Assembly (NCBI GenBank): GCA_043813075.1
Contig: JBDRLL010000036.1
Coordinates: forward strand, 1 to 64,000
Origin: Candidatus Altiarchaeota archaeon
GTDB lineage: Archaea; Altiarchaeota; Altiarchaeia; IMC4; SCGC-AAA252-I15
Length of the DNA: 64,000 nt
Reading direction: 5' to 3'
Below the pieces are notes generated by a model. That model was not told the origin of the DNA and searched no databases. It saw only the letters and a list, made by a program, of their open reading frames with translations. This document shows positions 18,799-28,580 of this stretch, piece after piece. Both the position numbers and the translations under genes were made by a program. Each line of letters starts with the position of its first letter. Position 1 is the stretch's first letter.

Positions 18799-18836
18799 GA
18801 GAAACAAAACCTGCGCATTTAGCCCGGCAGAGGGCG
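18799..18836 (+). repeat. att-like repeat R5 (degenerate)
   Basis: GAGAAACAAAACCTGCGCATTTAGCCCGGCAGAGGGCG. Confidence 0.75.
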
Positions 18837-18898
18837 TTTAATTTTTTGTTTCATGTTTTTCTTGTTTAAGTGCTCTTGCGTTAATAGTTATCCGTATT

Positions 18899-19357
18899 AT
18901 GGGTGAATTCGGTGGGAAGGGCTTTTCAAGGAAGGGTTCTTCTCGTAAAGGTTCTGGGCGAGGGGATTCAGGTAGGGGGGAATCTAGGAGGATTAGTGTC
19001 AGAGATGATGATTCTGGTGGAAGTGGCTTCATGAGGAAGAGTCCTGCAAGGCGTGGTTCTAGGCCGGGATTCAAGAGTTCTGAAAGAGGAGGATCTAGGG
19101 GTTTTGAGGGGTCTTCGCCGACAGGTTTTAATGGTAGGCCGAGGAGGGCGATGGATGTTGACGTGATATGTGATAATTGCGGGAAAGCGACGACTGTTCC
19201 CTTCAAGCCGACTGCCGGGAAACCCGTCTACTGCATCAACTGCTACAAAACAAAAGATAGTTCGAAAGAGTCGGGCAAGTCTGGTTCTTACGCGCGTGAA
19301 CTTGCAGACATAAACAAAAAGCTCGATAGGATAATGAAGGCCCTTGAAGTCGATTAG
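18899..19357 (+). CDS. Arg/Gly/Ser-rich protein with CxxC-x17-CxxC zinc ribbon
   Basis: CDNCGKATTVPFKPTAGKPVYCINC; C-terminal INKKLDRIM coil. Confidence 0.85.
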   Translation: MGEFGGKGFSRKGSSRKGSGRGDSGRGESRRISVRDDDSGGSGFMRKSPARRGSRPGFKSSERGGSRGFEGSSPTGFNGRPRRAMDVDVICDNCGKATTVPFKPTAGKPVYCINCYKTKDSSKESGKSGSYARELADINKKLDRIMKALEVD

Positions 19358-19390
19358 TCGCCTTTTGATTCCAGTCGGCGGGGGGGCTGG

Positions 19391-21280
19391 CTAGTCCACG
19401 CCGTCGCGGTAGTTCCCGACCGTATAGTTGCCTGGTTTTTTCACGTTCTCGCCGGAGAGTATCCTCCTGTAGGTTGAGACTATCGACGGGTCCTCACCCC
19501 ACAAATCCAGCAGATAGTGCCCGACTTTCGCGTCCTTCAGCCGTTTAACCCAGTCAAACAAGCCGAGAGGCATGCTGTTAAGCACCTGCCGGTAATCCGA
19601 TTCTTTGCGGACTGGGAACACGTAGCCTTTCTCATCCTTCATGCTGTCGGCGTCAAGCAGGTATTTTGTCGTCATCAGGGGAAGCCTCCCATGCGCGTAT
19701 ACGACAAACCTCTTGTCCTTGAATGATACGATTTCGCTTATCGACAGCTCCGGAGAGACCATAGGCGTCAAACCCAGTCTATTGAAGAAGCCGACGTCAA
19801 AGTCGTTGAACGCATTGCATGATGAGTCAAGCACCACGTCAACGGCGCCCAGTGAGGATGCCACCCCCAAGTCACCGCACAAAACCGTTGGCGGACTATG
19901 TGCTTCCACAAGATCAACAGCCTTCCGAGCATTCCATTCTGTGAGACACCGTGGGACGTATGGATTGACCTCCCCGCCGGGATAATCCTTTTCGAACACG
20001 TTATAGTAGACTGCGTCCGCGCCAAACTCAACAGCCTTTACCGCATCACCAGCGGAATAAGCCTTGGCCAGAAGCCGGATTCCATCAAAACAACCCCCAC
20101 CAATAGCAGGCAGGTCCTGGGGCACAAAACACCTATGGACCTTGATCTCACCCCTTGTCTTCAGCGGGTATTGCGCCCGCCTTATGACGCCAGAAGTCAA
20201 GGTCACAGTATTCCCTTCCCCAGCATTCAGGTACAAGTTAGCAGTCTCCCCCCTACGCGCGGCCTTGACTTCACGCCCTCTGACAGTGATCTTTCGGACT
20301 ATGTCGCCGTGCGTGCCATGCTCGCCCCTTATGCCGACTCCATCACCAATTCTGACGCCGACTTCTAGTCTTATGCTCCCGTTGGAGAGGATTTCCCCGG
20401 CGTAGAGCCCGCGTTTACCCGCCACGCCAGAGGCTACGACGTCAAAATCCCTGAATAATGCCCCGAGCGTGTATTCACGGCTGAAGGCAAGCTCCATGTC
20501 AAGGTACGCGTCATAGTCCAGCCTGCCTTCGTCAAGCAGCCGCCGATACACTGCAGTGGCGGCGCCAACATATTCCGGACTCCTCAGCCTGCCCTCTATC
20601 TTCAGCGCGCGTACGCCTGACTCAGCCAACTCTCCGACTTTTTCTGCGACACACAAGTCTCTCGCGGACAAAAGATAGTCGCCAGCATATTTTTTCCTGC
20701 ACGGCTGCGCGCAAAGCCCACGATTCCCACTCCTCCCGCCGAGGAAGCTGGACATCAGGCACTGGCCGCCCACGCTGAAGCATAATGCACCCTGCGCGAA
20801 AACCTCGACAGGCAATCCGGTTTTCGAGGAGAAGTCCTTAACCTGGTTGAGCGTCAACTCCCTCGGCAGTATCACCCGGTCAACGCCTGGAAGAAGCCTG
20901 CTGTGAAACGAGTTGAATATCCCGGACTGTGTTGACGCGTGGACTTCGAGATCCCCGAACTTTTCCGTGAGTATCTTCGCAAACGACAGCTCCTGTATTA
21001 TGACCGCGTCAACGCCGGCCGAATACGCGCCGCCCACAAGACCGAACCATTCCCCGACCTCGGCGTTTTTAACGAGCGTGTTCACTGCAAGATAAGCCTT
21101 GACGCCCCTATCATGGCAGAACTTCACGGCATCACTCAACTCTCCCAAATCAAAGTTGCCGGCCCTAACGCGAGCGTTGAAACTGCCCACTCCAAAATAC
21201 ACCGCGTCAGCACCCTCGGCGGCCGCTGCCTTAAGGCAGTCCCATCCGCCGGCAGGGGAAAGCAACTCAATGGAGGTCAT
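19391..21280 (-). CDS. U32-family protein (RlhA/TrhP-like RNA hydroxylase, 'collagenase-like')
   Basis: ELLSPAG, GADAVY, HASTQ, GALCFSVGGQCLMS, NRGLCAQPCR, LKIEGR. Confidence 0.9.
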   Translation of the reverse strand: MTSIELLSPAGGWDCLKAAAAEGADAVYFGVGSFNARVRAGNFDLGELSDAVKFCHDRGVKAYLAVNTLVKNAEVGEWFGLVGGAYSAGVDAVIIQELSFAKILTEKFGDLEVHASTQSGIFNSFHSRLLPGVDRVILPRELTLNQVKDFSSKTGLPVEVFAQGALCFSVGGQCLMSSFLGGRSGNRGLCAQPCRKKYAGDYLLSARDLCVAEKVGELAESGVRALKIEGRLRSPEYVGAATAVYRRLLDEGRLDYDAYLDMELAFSREYTLGALFRDFDVVASGVAGKRGLYAGEILSNGSIRLEVGVRIGDGVGIRGEHGTHGDIVRKITVRGREVKAARRGETANLYLNAGEGNTVTLTSGVIRRAQYPLKTRGEIKVHRCFVPQDLPAIGGGCFDGIRLLAKAYSAGDAVKAVEFGADAVYYNVFEKDYPGGEVNPYVPRCLTEWNARKAVDLVEAHSPPTVLCGDLGVASSLGAVDVVLDSSCNAFNDFDVGFFNRLGLTPMVSPELSISEIVSFKDKRFVVYAHGRLPLMTTKYLLDADSMKDEKGYVFPVRKESDYRQVLNSMPLGLFDWVKRLKDAKVGHYLLDLWGEDPSIVSTYRRILSGENVKKPGNYTVGNYRDGVD

Positions 21281-21367
21281 ATTACCAATAGTGTTTTGTA
21301 GTATATCTCCGGCGTCTCCACGAGCATTTATCCTATTCCACTGAATCCTGCCCTGTTTGGGTGGAAT

Positions 21368-21388
21368 AATCCCTGCTGGGGGGCGTTC
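21368..21388 (+). repeat. possible highly decayed att-like repeat R6
   Basis: AATCCCTGCTGGGGGGCGTTC versus AATTCCGGCCGGGGCGTCG; intergenic and in the same orientation. Confidence 0.35.
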
Positions 21389-21534
21389 AAATACCCTTTA
21401 TTTTTCTCTTGCTTGTATCGTAACCACCATGGGTTTTAGAGCATTATTAGGAAAAGAACTCATTGCACACGGTAAAACCATTGTGTTTTTGTGTTGTTAC
21501 TAAGGCATTTATACTGTCGTGCACAGATATTCTT

Positions 21535-22008
21535 ATGATGCAGGGGATTGTTGTCTTGGCTGTTATCTCGCTTGTTTTGGGTTGTGTTTCGCAGGAGAGG
21601 GGGGTGAGCGAGGACTTGAAGGAAGGCCCGAAGGCTGATTCAACTACCGTTCAGGCGGTGGGCAGCTTAACTTCATCAACGACGACCACTGTTAGCACAA
21701 CCACCACAATTCGCCCGACCACCACAGTCCGCAAGACCACCACAACCCTGAAGCCGATGCACTATGCGTGTCACGACGGGAAATGCCTGCTCGTCAAAGG
21801 GAAGGGTGAGGATGAATGCTTTTATAACAGGGATTGCTTCCACTTTGAATGCAAGCAGAAGGAATGCGTGCTGGTGAAGGAGAAGGGCGAGAACACGTGC
21901 AACAACACCTTCGACTGCATAACCAGATGGTGGGATGACGGCATAGACAGGAGCAGTGACGTGGAAACAAGCGAGCAACTACGGGGAATCGTAACCCGCC
22001 CGAAATAA
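21535..22008 (+). CDS. lipoprotein with Thr-rich linker and two Cys repeats
   Basis: Lipobox VLGC; HYAC...KGEDEC and HFEC...KGENTC repeats. Confidence 0.65.
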   Translation: MMQGIVVLAVISLVLGCVSQERGVSEDLKEGPKADSTTVQAVGSLTSSTTTTVSTTTTIRPTTTVRKTTTTLKPMHYACHDGKCLLVKGKGEDECFYNRDCFHFECKQKECVLVKEKGENTCNNTFDCITRWWDDGIDRSSDVETSEQLRGIVTRPK

Positions 22009-22119
22009 AGCCCTAATTGGACGTTATTGCTTGCCCAGGGTTATCCTCTCTCTAGCAGTTTCACTTGGGGGGAGATAGGGGCATTAAAGCTTTTTAGGCG
22101 GAGTGGATGATAGGTTATT

Positions 22120-22806
22120 ATGGACAACATGAAAAAGTATGTTGCGGAGATGATTGGGACATTTGCTTTGGTTTTTATTGGGTGTGGAAGCGCGGTGATA
22201 GCTGGTGACAAGATAGGATTCCTCGGCATATCATTCGCATTCGGACTTACTGTACTCGCCATGGTATACGCTATCGGCGGGATATCAGGCTGCCACATAA
22301 ACCCGGCAATCACCGTATCGATGCTCGTCGCGGATAAGATAAAGAAGAAGGATGCCATCTATTATGTGGCGTCACAGTTTATCGGCGCAATCCTAGCATC
22401 AATTGTCCTGCTTGCAGTGCTTTCCGGCAGGCCAAACTACTCCCTGGAGACGAAAGGCCTAGGCCAAAACGGATGGGGTAAGGGCTACATAGCAGGGTAT
22501 TCTATGACGTCGGCCTTCATCGCTGAAGTCGTCCTAACCGGCCTGTTCCTGATCGTGATATTCGGGGCCACATCAAGTAATGCTCCGGCAGGCTTTGCCG
22601 GGATGGCCATCGGATTGTCGCTTGTGGTGATACACCTCATAGGAATACCCATAACGGGAACGTCCGTGAACCCTGCGAGGAGCCTGGGCCCGGCGCTAGT
22701 TGTAGGTGGAAAAGCATTGTCCCAGGTCTGGCTGTTCCTCGTGGCCCCCACGTTAGGAGGCATAGTAGCGGCATTGTGTTGGAAGCACATACTCTCAGAC
22801 AAGTAG
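22120..22806 (+). CDS. aqpZ: aquaporin (MIP family)
   Basis: SGCHINPA and GTSVNPARS motifs. Confidence 0.9.
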   Translation: MDNMKKYVAEMIGTFALVFIGCGSAVIAGDKIGFLGISFAFGLTVLAMVYAIGGISGCHINPAITVSMLVADKIKKKDAIYYVASQFIGAILASIVLLAVLSGRPNYSLETKGLGQNGWGKGYIAGYSMTSAFIAEVVLTGLFLIVIFGATSSNAPAGFAGMAIGLSLVVIHLIGIPITGTSVNPARSLGPALVVGGKALSQVWLFLVAPTLGGIVAALCWKHILSDK

Positions 22807-23009
22807 GCTTTGGGGTGACGAGGCATGATGGAATGAATTGGCTTAGGCGGAACAACGACCGTCGAAAGAACATGGGAATGAGTAGTAGAAAAAACGCGAA
22901 TACAAACCCCATGTTTACTAATTAATTGAGGGCATTATAGAATCATTTAGTTGAGTGAAAGCGCGATGGCGGACTCATGCTTCTTTTATTTTAAATCAGA
23001 TAGTCTTAT

Positions 23010-24134
23010 ATGCGCTGGCTTGCTTTCCTAACAATTATAGTGTTTTTCTGCGGCTGCTTTGAAGACCCTATCACCTCGGAGGCTGTTAAGGAGAAGGATC
23101 CTGGATTATGCCTTGCGCAGGAGACCGACTATAAGGTCGACGACTGCGTTAGGAAGGTCGCTAAGGCGGCGATAGACAAGAGGATATGCGACGAGTATTT
23201 CAAGGATGATAAGGAGAATAAGGCGGGATGCTATAAGGACGTGGGCGGCTTGAGCGGCGACCTGGATTTATGCGATCAGGCTGGAACCATGTCTGGCAGG
23301 GACCTGGACAAGTGGGAGTGCTACAAGAATGCGGGAATCAATAATCAGCAGCCGGCAGTATGCGGCAGGATAGGTGACGCAGACCATAAGACGTCCTGCT
23401 ACTCCGCATTAGGCGTTACGATGGATAATGTGGACTTGTGCCATGAAGCAGCGAAAGCCAAGGAGGGTTTTATGTCAGACTCCTGCTTCAAAAACCTGGC
23501 TGACAAGAACAACAACCACGCCCTATGCCAGCATATTGAAAATGCCGTGAGCAGAGACGAGTGCTACCTGCGGGTAGCGGAAAAAACAGGGAACCCTGAA
23601 GTCTGCCTCGGTATGACTGAGGAATACGGCCACTACTGCACCGGAAAGATAACAGGGAACTACGATGAATGCGAGTACGCTGGGGGATACAAGACAGCGT
23701 GCGTCAAGGAGGCTGCCGGGAAAAGCGGTAGGGCTGATATCTGCGACACCCTGGAGGGATATTCAAAATACGAGTGCTACACCCTGGTTGCAGGAGAGAC
23801 TGGAGACGATAAGATATGCGACAAACTCGATGAAGGGAGCAGACTATCATGCCTGCTGGGTGCAGGCCGTAAAAGCGGGAACCCGGGAGTATGCTCTAGA
23901 GTGGGTGATGAGAAAAAAGAGTACTGCTACAGTGAAATAGCGGTGGCTTCTGGAAGCGTGAATATCTGCGATAGAATCAACGAGGACAAGGAACGATACA
24001 ACTGTAGGAGAAGAGTTGAAGGAAGCATCACAACAACAACCATACCCTATAAGGATAAGAGCATCATAGGGAAGGCGAAAGACAAGGCGGGAGACATTGC
24101 CGCAGACTTTATCGCAGACATCATAGGGTTCTAG
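23010..24134 (+). CDS. Cys-repeat lipoprotein
   Basis: Lipobox FCGC; about a dozen CY-x3-A-x4-D/N-x3-C repeats. Confidence 0.75.
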   Translation: MRWLAFLTIIVFFCGCFEDPITSEAVKEKDPGLCLAQETDYKVDDCVRKVAKAAIDKRICDEYFKDDKENKAGCYKDVGGLSGDLDLCDQAGTMSGRDLDKWECYKNAGINNQQPAVCGRIGDADHKTSCYSALGVTMDNVDLCHEAAKAKEGFMSDSCFKNLADKNNNHALCQHIENAVSRDECYLRVAEKTGNPEVCLGMTEEYGHYCTGKITGNYDECEYAGGYKTACVKEAAGKSGRADICDTLEGYSKYECYTLVAGETGDDKICDKLDEGSRLSCLLGAGRKSGNPGVCSRVGDEKKEYCYSEIAVASGSVNICDRINEDKERYNCRRRVEGSITTTTIPYKDKSIIGKAKDKAGDIAADFIADIIGF

Positions 24135-24169
24135 GCATGTGTTTTATTACAGTATTTCAATAAGTTACC

Positions 24170-26629
24170 ATGAAACTGGCTCTCTCGATGATAATGGGTT
24201 TGATGCTTGCCTCCACCTGCTCTGCCGACGTCCTGATAGATCAGAACATCAGGCTGGGCGATGACGGAAGCTTCTATGACATAGAATACAGCAAGACGTT
24301 CACTGTTGAAGAGGTGCCGGAAGGCCCGGTCCTTGTTTTTTCCGGTGTCTCTGGCGTGGAACGCATGTCTGACTGGAGCTGGTACTCCTACGACGACGTC
24401 ATACTGAACGGGAAGAAGATAACGCTGATGAACTATATCGCCGGGAACAACAGGATACAGGTCGACAAGTCGCTGATACGGAAAGGCTCCAACACGCTAG
24501 TCATAAAGTCGGGAATGACAAACTACCAGCCGGAAGGCGACGCCCGCGACGACTTCAGTATAGGCAGCATCACGCTGATAGACAGCGTCACCAGCAACCT
24601 TGAGCTGACATACTCTGACAAGAAGCTTAAGGCCAAGGTCACGAACTCCAAGACCGGGGACCCAATACCCTCCAAGGAAGTGAACTTCCACGAGGAGGCG
24701 GAAGCCAGTGCGGGACCAACGCCCCTGGGATACATCGGCAAATCCAACACTGACGCCACAGGTGTCGCTGAAATCCGCTACGACCCGGCAGACAAGAGCA
24801 AGCCAAAGACCATAGTGGCCACTGAAGCGGGAGGCGCGTCTGACAGGATCACCATAGAGTTCGGGGAAGACAAACTGCAGGGCATGATCACCGACGGCCA
24901 CGGCAACCCCATGCCGTACGTTAAGATAACAGTCAATTTTGACGGAGTCGACTACCCAGGCAGAAGCAACGCGGACGGGAGCTATGAAGTCAAAGTGAAG
25001 GACTTCACGCCGGACAATGACAATCCGAAGGAAGTCAAACTGAAGATAGAGTTCACGTACGAACGCGACGGGAAAAACTATTACAAGGTGATAGACGAGA
25101 CGAAGGGCGCTAACAAGCCAGTCATGTTCGAGAAGAAATTCAAACTAAAGGCCGAGGCCGACAAGACGCAGAACATCGACTTCAATCTCGCACCCTCGCC
25201 GGACATAACCTCAAGCAGCAACATAGGGAACCTCAAGCACTTGGCGCCAGTATACTTCCACAGTCACGAGGCAATCGACTTCATGCTCACGGTGCTTAAG
25301 GCGAACGTGGAATACAAGCTGCCGGTAGACGTCTGGGTGGCAGGCAACGACGGAACCTACTACTCACCCACCCACGGGCTCGTGTCCATAGACAAGAAGG
25401 ACGCCCACTACGGCAGCAGCAACCGGCCGGACAACAGGGAATACCATGAACTATGCCACCACCTGATGTACGCGACATACAATAGCTGGCCGCCATACCC
25501 GGCTGGGACCACCAACCACGGCGGGTATATAAACCCGAGTACTGGCGACTCCTACGTCGAGGGTTTCGCGGAGTTCATGGCCATGGTAATCTCGGAGCAT
25601 TACGGGGAAGCCAGCCCTGAAATCTACGCGGGCTTCGGGAGCTTCGACAGGAACTACAAGCCGTGGGAGTGGACCGGCAAGGCTGAGGAGATAGCCGTGG
25701 CTGGGATACTATGGGACCTGTATGACAAGGGGGATAATGATGATGACGCGGTATCACTCTCCTTGGGTGAGATGTGGAGCATACTGAAAGTCAAGAGGAA
25801 CGACTTTTACGAGTACTATAAGGCCTTCAGGAGCGCGCACCCCGATAAGGCAGGGAAGATAGATGATATTTTCATAAGGCACGGATTCTTTGCGGACAAG
25901 GGTGTGGGCAACAGGAGGAGGGATTCCTTCGAGCCATACAGGGACGCGAACAATAACAAGGCCTACGACGCGGGCGAACACTACGTCGACTACGGGCAGC
26001 CGCCGGAAGGCATACTAAGACACGTCTTCAATTATTGGATGGTATATGATAGGGGGGAGATAGTCGGGAAGGCCACCAACTACGAGCGGGAGAACCGTAG
26101 CATGGCTGTCATGATCGACAACGCGTTCATAAGGGTGAAGGACACGGAAGTCGAGAAGTACAGGGTGTTCGTGCACTTCAACAACCCCGCTGAAGGAGGG
26201 GACTATGACTACACGACCGACGTCCGGGACGGGCTTATCTATGTGATGCCGTTGCCTGAGGAAGACAACGCAACCATCATGGTGAAGCCGGACTCCGAAG
26301 ACTACATCGCATCCGATGTGTATGAGATAACAACCCGGGAGTATGCGGAAAGATATTACGCGACCCCCGAAGGCAGGGGATACTTTGACGAGCACACGTT
26401 CGACTTGAAGCCGACAGGAAAGCATGAGGACGAGAAGTACGATACGTTCGACAGCAACAGGCCAGCACACGTGATAGACTCGGGATACAGGGGGAAGCCT
26501 GGCGATACAGGCGGCGGGAACAACGGAGGGAACGGCGACGACAGGAAGCCGGTGTGCTGCTGCCTCGGTCCGCTAGCGGCTTTGGCTGCAAGCCTCGCGG
26601 CAGCGGTAGTCGGAGTCAAGGCGCTTTAG
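24170..26629 (+). CDS. secreted membrane-anchored zinc metallopeptidase-like protein
   Basis: Signal peptide, Ig-like domains, HELCH (HExxH) with downstream EGFAEF; C-terminal CCCLGP plus TM. Confidence 0.7.
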   Translation: MKLALSMIMGLMLASTCSADVLIDQNIRLGDDGSFYDIEYSKTFTVEEVPEGPVLVFSGVSGVERMSDWSWYSYDDVILNGKKITLMNYIAGNNRIQVDKSLIRKGSNTLVIKSGMTNYQPEGDARDDFSIGSITLIDSVTSNLELTYSDKKLKAKVTNSKTGDPIPSKEVNFHEEAEASAGPTPLGYIGKSNTDATGVAEIRYDPADKSKPKTIVATEAGGASDRITIEFGEDKLQGMITDGHGNPMPYVKITVNFDGVDYPGRSNADGSYEVKVKDFTPDNDNPKEVKLKIEFTYERDGKNYYKVIDETKGANKPVMFEKKFKLKAEADKTQNIDFNLAPSPDITSSSNIGNLKHLAPVYFHSHEAIDFMLTVLKANVEYKLPVDVWVAGNDGTYYSPTHGLVSIDKKDAHYGSSNRPDNREYHELCHHLMYATYNSWPPYPAGTTNHGGYINPSTGDSYVEGFAEFMAMVISEHYGEASPEIYAGFGSFDRNYKPWEWTGKAEEIAVAGILWDLYDKGDNDDDAVSLSLGEMWSILKVKRNDFYEYYKAFRSAHPDKAGKIDDIFIRHGFFADKGVGNRRRDSFEPYRDANNNKAYDAGEHYVDYGQPPEGILRHVFNYWMVYDRGEIVGKATNYERENRSMAVMIDNAFIRVKDTEVEKYRVFVHFNNPAEGGDYDYTTDVRDGLIYVMPLPEEDNATIMVKPDSEDYIASDVYEITTREYAERYYATPEGRGYFDEHTFDLKPTGKHEDEKYDTFDSNRPAHVIDSGYRGKPGDTGGGNNGGNGDDRKPVCCCLGPLAALAASLAAAVVGVKAL

Positions 26630-26635
26630 ACCATC

Positions 26636-27052
26636 CTACTGCCAGCGGTCCATGAAGGGGTTTATAACCCCCTTCTTCTGGGGGATGCACTTCCCCCCAC
26701 CTCCGGGGCCTAGACCCACATCACAGACACCTCCGGCACATGGGTCTTGATACAGTCCTCCGCACGCTGCTTTCACTGTGGTGGTTGATGAGGAGTTTGC
26801 GGTTGTCGTGGTAGTAGTCCGTAGTGTCGTTGACGTGGTGGTTGACGTAGTGGTTGACGTGGTGGTTGAGGTTGTGGTTGTTGTAGTGGACGTGGTCGTG
26901 TTTGACGACGTGGTCGTGGCTGCTGTGTGAGGGCGTGTTAGGAATAGGGCGAATGACGCAACCATCAGGGAGAATAAGACGAGTGCTGATATAGCGGCGA
27001 TTATGATGAGTTTCTGCCGTCCCCCGCGTATTGGCTTTTCCGTCCAGGCCAT
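26636..27052 (-). CDS. Thr-rich membrane-anchored protein
   Basis: N-terminal TM, long poly-Thr/Ser linker, small Cys module. Confidence 0.7.
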   Translation of the reverse strand: MAWTEKPIRGGRQKLIIIAAISALVLFSLMVASFALFLTRPHTAATTTSSNTTTSTTTTTTSTTTSTTTSTTTSTTLRTTTTTTANSSSTTTVKAACGGLYQDPCAGGVCDVGLGPGGGGKCIPQKKGVINPFMDRWQ

Positions 27053-27113
27053 GCAGTATATATGCGCAGGCTAGTTTAAACGCTATTAACCGTGTTTTTT
27101 TAATATTGATTGT

Positions 27114-28547
27114 ATGATGTATTCCAGACTTGCGTGCAGGCTCTTCCTGATGCTATGCATCATAATAGCATTCATCCTACTTGTTCCAGACGGACTCAGG
27201 GAGGACGAGGCTCCATCAGGCTTCATGGCTGGGACGTGCGTGGACTGCAACATAATCCTGGTTTCAGTGGACACCCTGAGGGCTGACGGGCTCGGAGCCT
27301 ATGGGAACGCTAGGCAGGTGTCGCCTAACATAGACCGCATGGCATCTGGCGGCGTCTTGTACCAGCGCGCGTACAGTCCATCTTCCATGACGGCGCCATC
27401 TCACATGTCATTCATGACCGGCTTATACCCGTCTGAACATGGAGTGTGCAATCTGGAGAGGAGGGAGGTCTGGTGCAGGCACGAGTTGGAGGACACTGTC
27501 GTCACGCTAGCTGATGTGCTTAGGCAGGAGGGGTACCGTACTGTCGCATTCACTGGCGGCGGTAACGTGGACGGCAGGATGGGTTTTGACAGGGGTTTCG
27601 ACAGCTACACGCACTACGACTTCGCGGACCCTGTGATAAACCAGGTGCTGGGGGCGGAAGGGGAAGTGGACTTTAGGGATGTTGTTGGAAACCTTTCCGG
27701 AGGTAAGTTCTTCCTCTTCCTGCACACGTATAAGACCCACGACCCATACTTCCCTGGCGAGGAAACCAGGTCCAGCGTCTGCGGAGGCTACGACAGGACT
27801 GTCATTGACTCTTGGAGCAGGCTGATGGGCGAGAAGACCATAAGTAGGCTGATGGACGAGAACCCGGATTTCTCGTTTGCCAACGGCTCCCATATCATCA
27901 GGAAGGCCGTATTCAAGAGTAATCTGAGTGAATACGACGTCGGATACCTGAGGTGCCTGTATGACGCGGAGATACGTGAGATGGACGAGAAGCTGGGGCT
28001 GATACTGGATTCGCTCGAAGATGCCGGGCTGGAAGGGAAGACGCTTATCATAGTCACGTCAGACCATGGGGAAGAGTTCCGGGAACACGGAGGCTTACTC
28101 CACCACCAGCTGTACAATGAGATAATACACGTGCCTTTGATAGTGAAAAACCCGGGGTTGACGGGTGGAGCGAATGTGCCAGGATACTTTAGCGTAGTCA
28201 GTCTGCCGGCCAGCATACTGGACGCAGTAGGCGTTGATGTGCCGGCCCAATTCAGGGATACTGGAGGGGAGCCCGTGATCAGCGAGGAATACGCTTTCAG
28301 GAGGCGGGCTATAATATACGGGGGATACAAGCTGATGGCGTATCCGGACGAGAGGATGCTGTTCAGCATGGAGTCAGACTACCGTGAGCAGAGGGATATG
28401 ATCAGCGAGGATGCTGGGACCGCCGGCAGGCTCGAATCCATTATGAACGACATCCTGCCGGAGTATGCCGGGGAAGTTGCGGGCGGCGGGGAAAAACTTG
28501 GTGAAGGCAAGAAGAGGGAGTTAAGGCATCTCGGGTACGTCGACTAG
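27114..28547 (+). CDS. sulfatase-like hydrolase/transferase (alkaline phosphatase superfamily)
   Basis: NIILVSVDTLRAD, TAPSHMSFMTG, HDPY, TSDHGEE, HVPLI. Confidence 0.88.
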   Translation: MMYSRLACRLFLMLCIIIAFILLVPDGLREDEAPSGFMAGTCVDCNIILVSVDTLRADGLGAYGNARQVSPNIDRMASGGVLYQRAYSPSSMTAPSHMSFMTGLYPSEHGVCNLERREVWCRHELEDTVVTLADVLRQEGYRTVAFTGGGNVDGRMGFDRGFDSYTHYDFADPVINQVLGAEGEVDFRDVVGNLSGGKFFLFLHTYKTHDPYFPGEETRSSVCGGYDRTVIDSWSRLMGEKTISRLMDENPDFSFANGSHIIRKAVFKSNLSEYDVGYLRCLYDAEIREMDEKLGLILDSLEDAGLEGKTLIIVTSDHGEEFREHGGLLHHQLYNEIIHVPLIVKNPGLTGGANVPGYFSVVSLPASILDAVGVDVPAQFRDTGGEPVISEEYAFRRRAIIYGGYKLMAYPDERMLFSMESDYREQRDMISEDAGTAGRLESIMNDILPEYAGEVAGGGEKLGEGKKRELRHLGYVD

Positions 28548-28580
28548 CCGTTTTTCTTTATAGGATATTAATTATCTCTT

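Larger units (their letters stand above)
5604..18836 (+). mobile_element. tandem array of integrase-less cargo cassettes anchored at the tRNA-Asp 3' end
   Basis: Same-orientation tRNA 3'-end copies ending at 8363, 11796, 15643, 16677 and 18836, with shared flanking arms, all intergenic. Confidence 0.7.

Noticed and set aside
8327-18836. CRISPR array (37-bp repeats)
   Set aside because: The repeats are degenerate, kilobases apart, end in tRNA sequence, and no cas genes are present
5604-18836. Classical integron or provirus
   Set aside because: I recognise no tyrosine recombinase, attC R-box/L-box palindromes or virion genes
26776-26925. GTT/GTG-rich DNA repeat
   Set aside because: Explained by poly-Thr codons of the minus-strand gene
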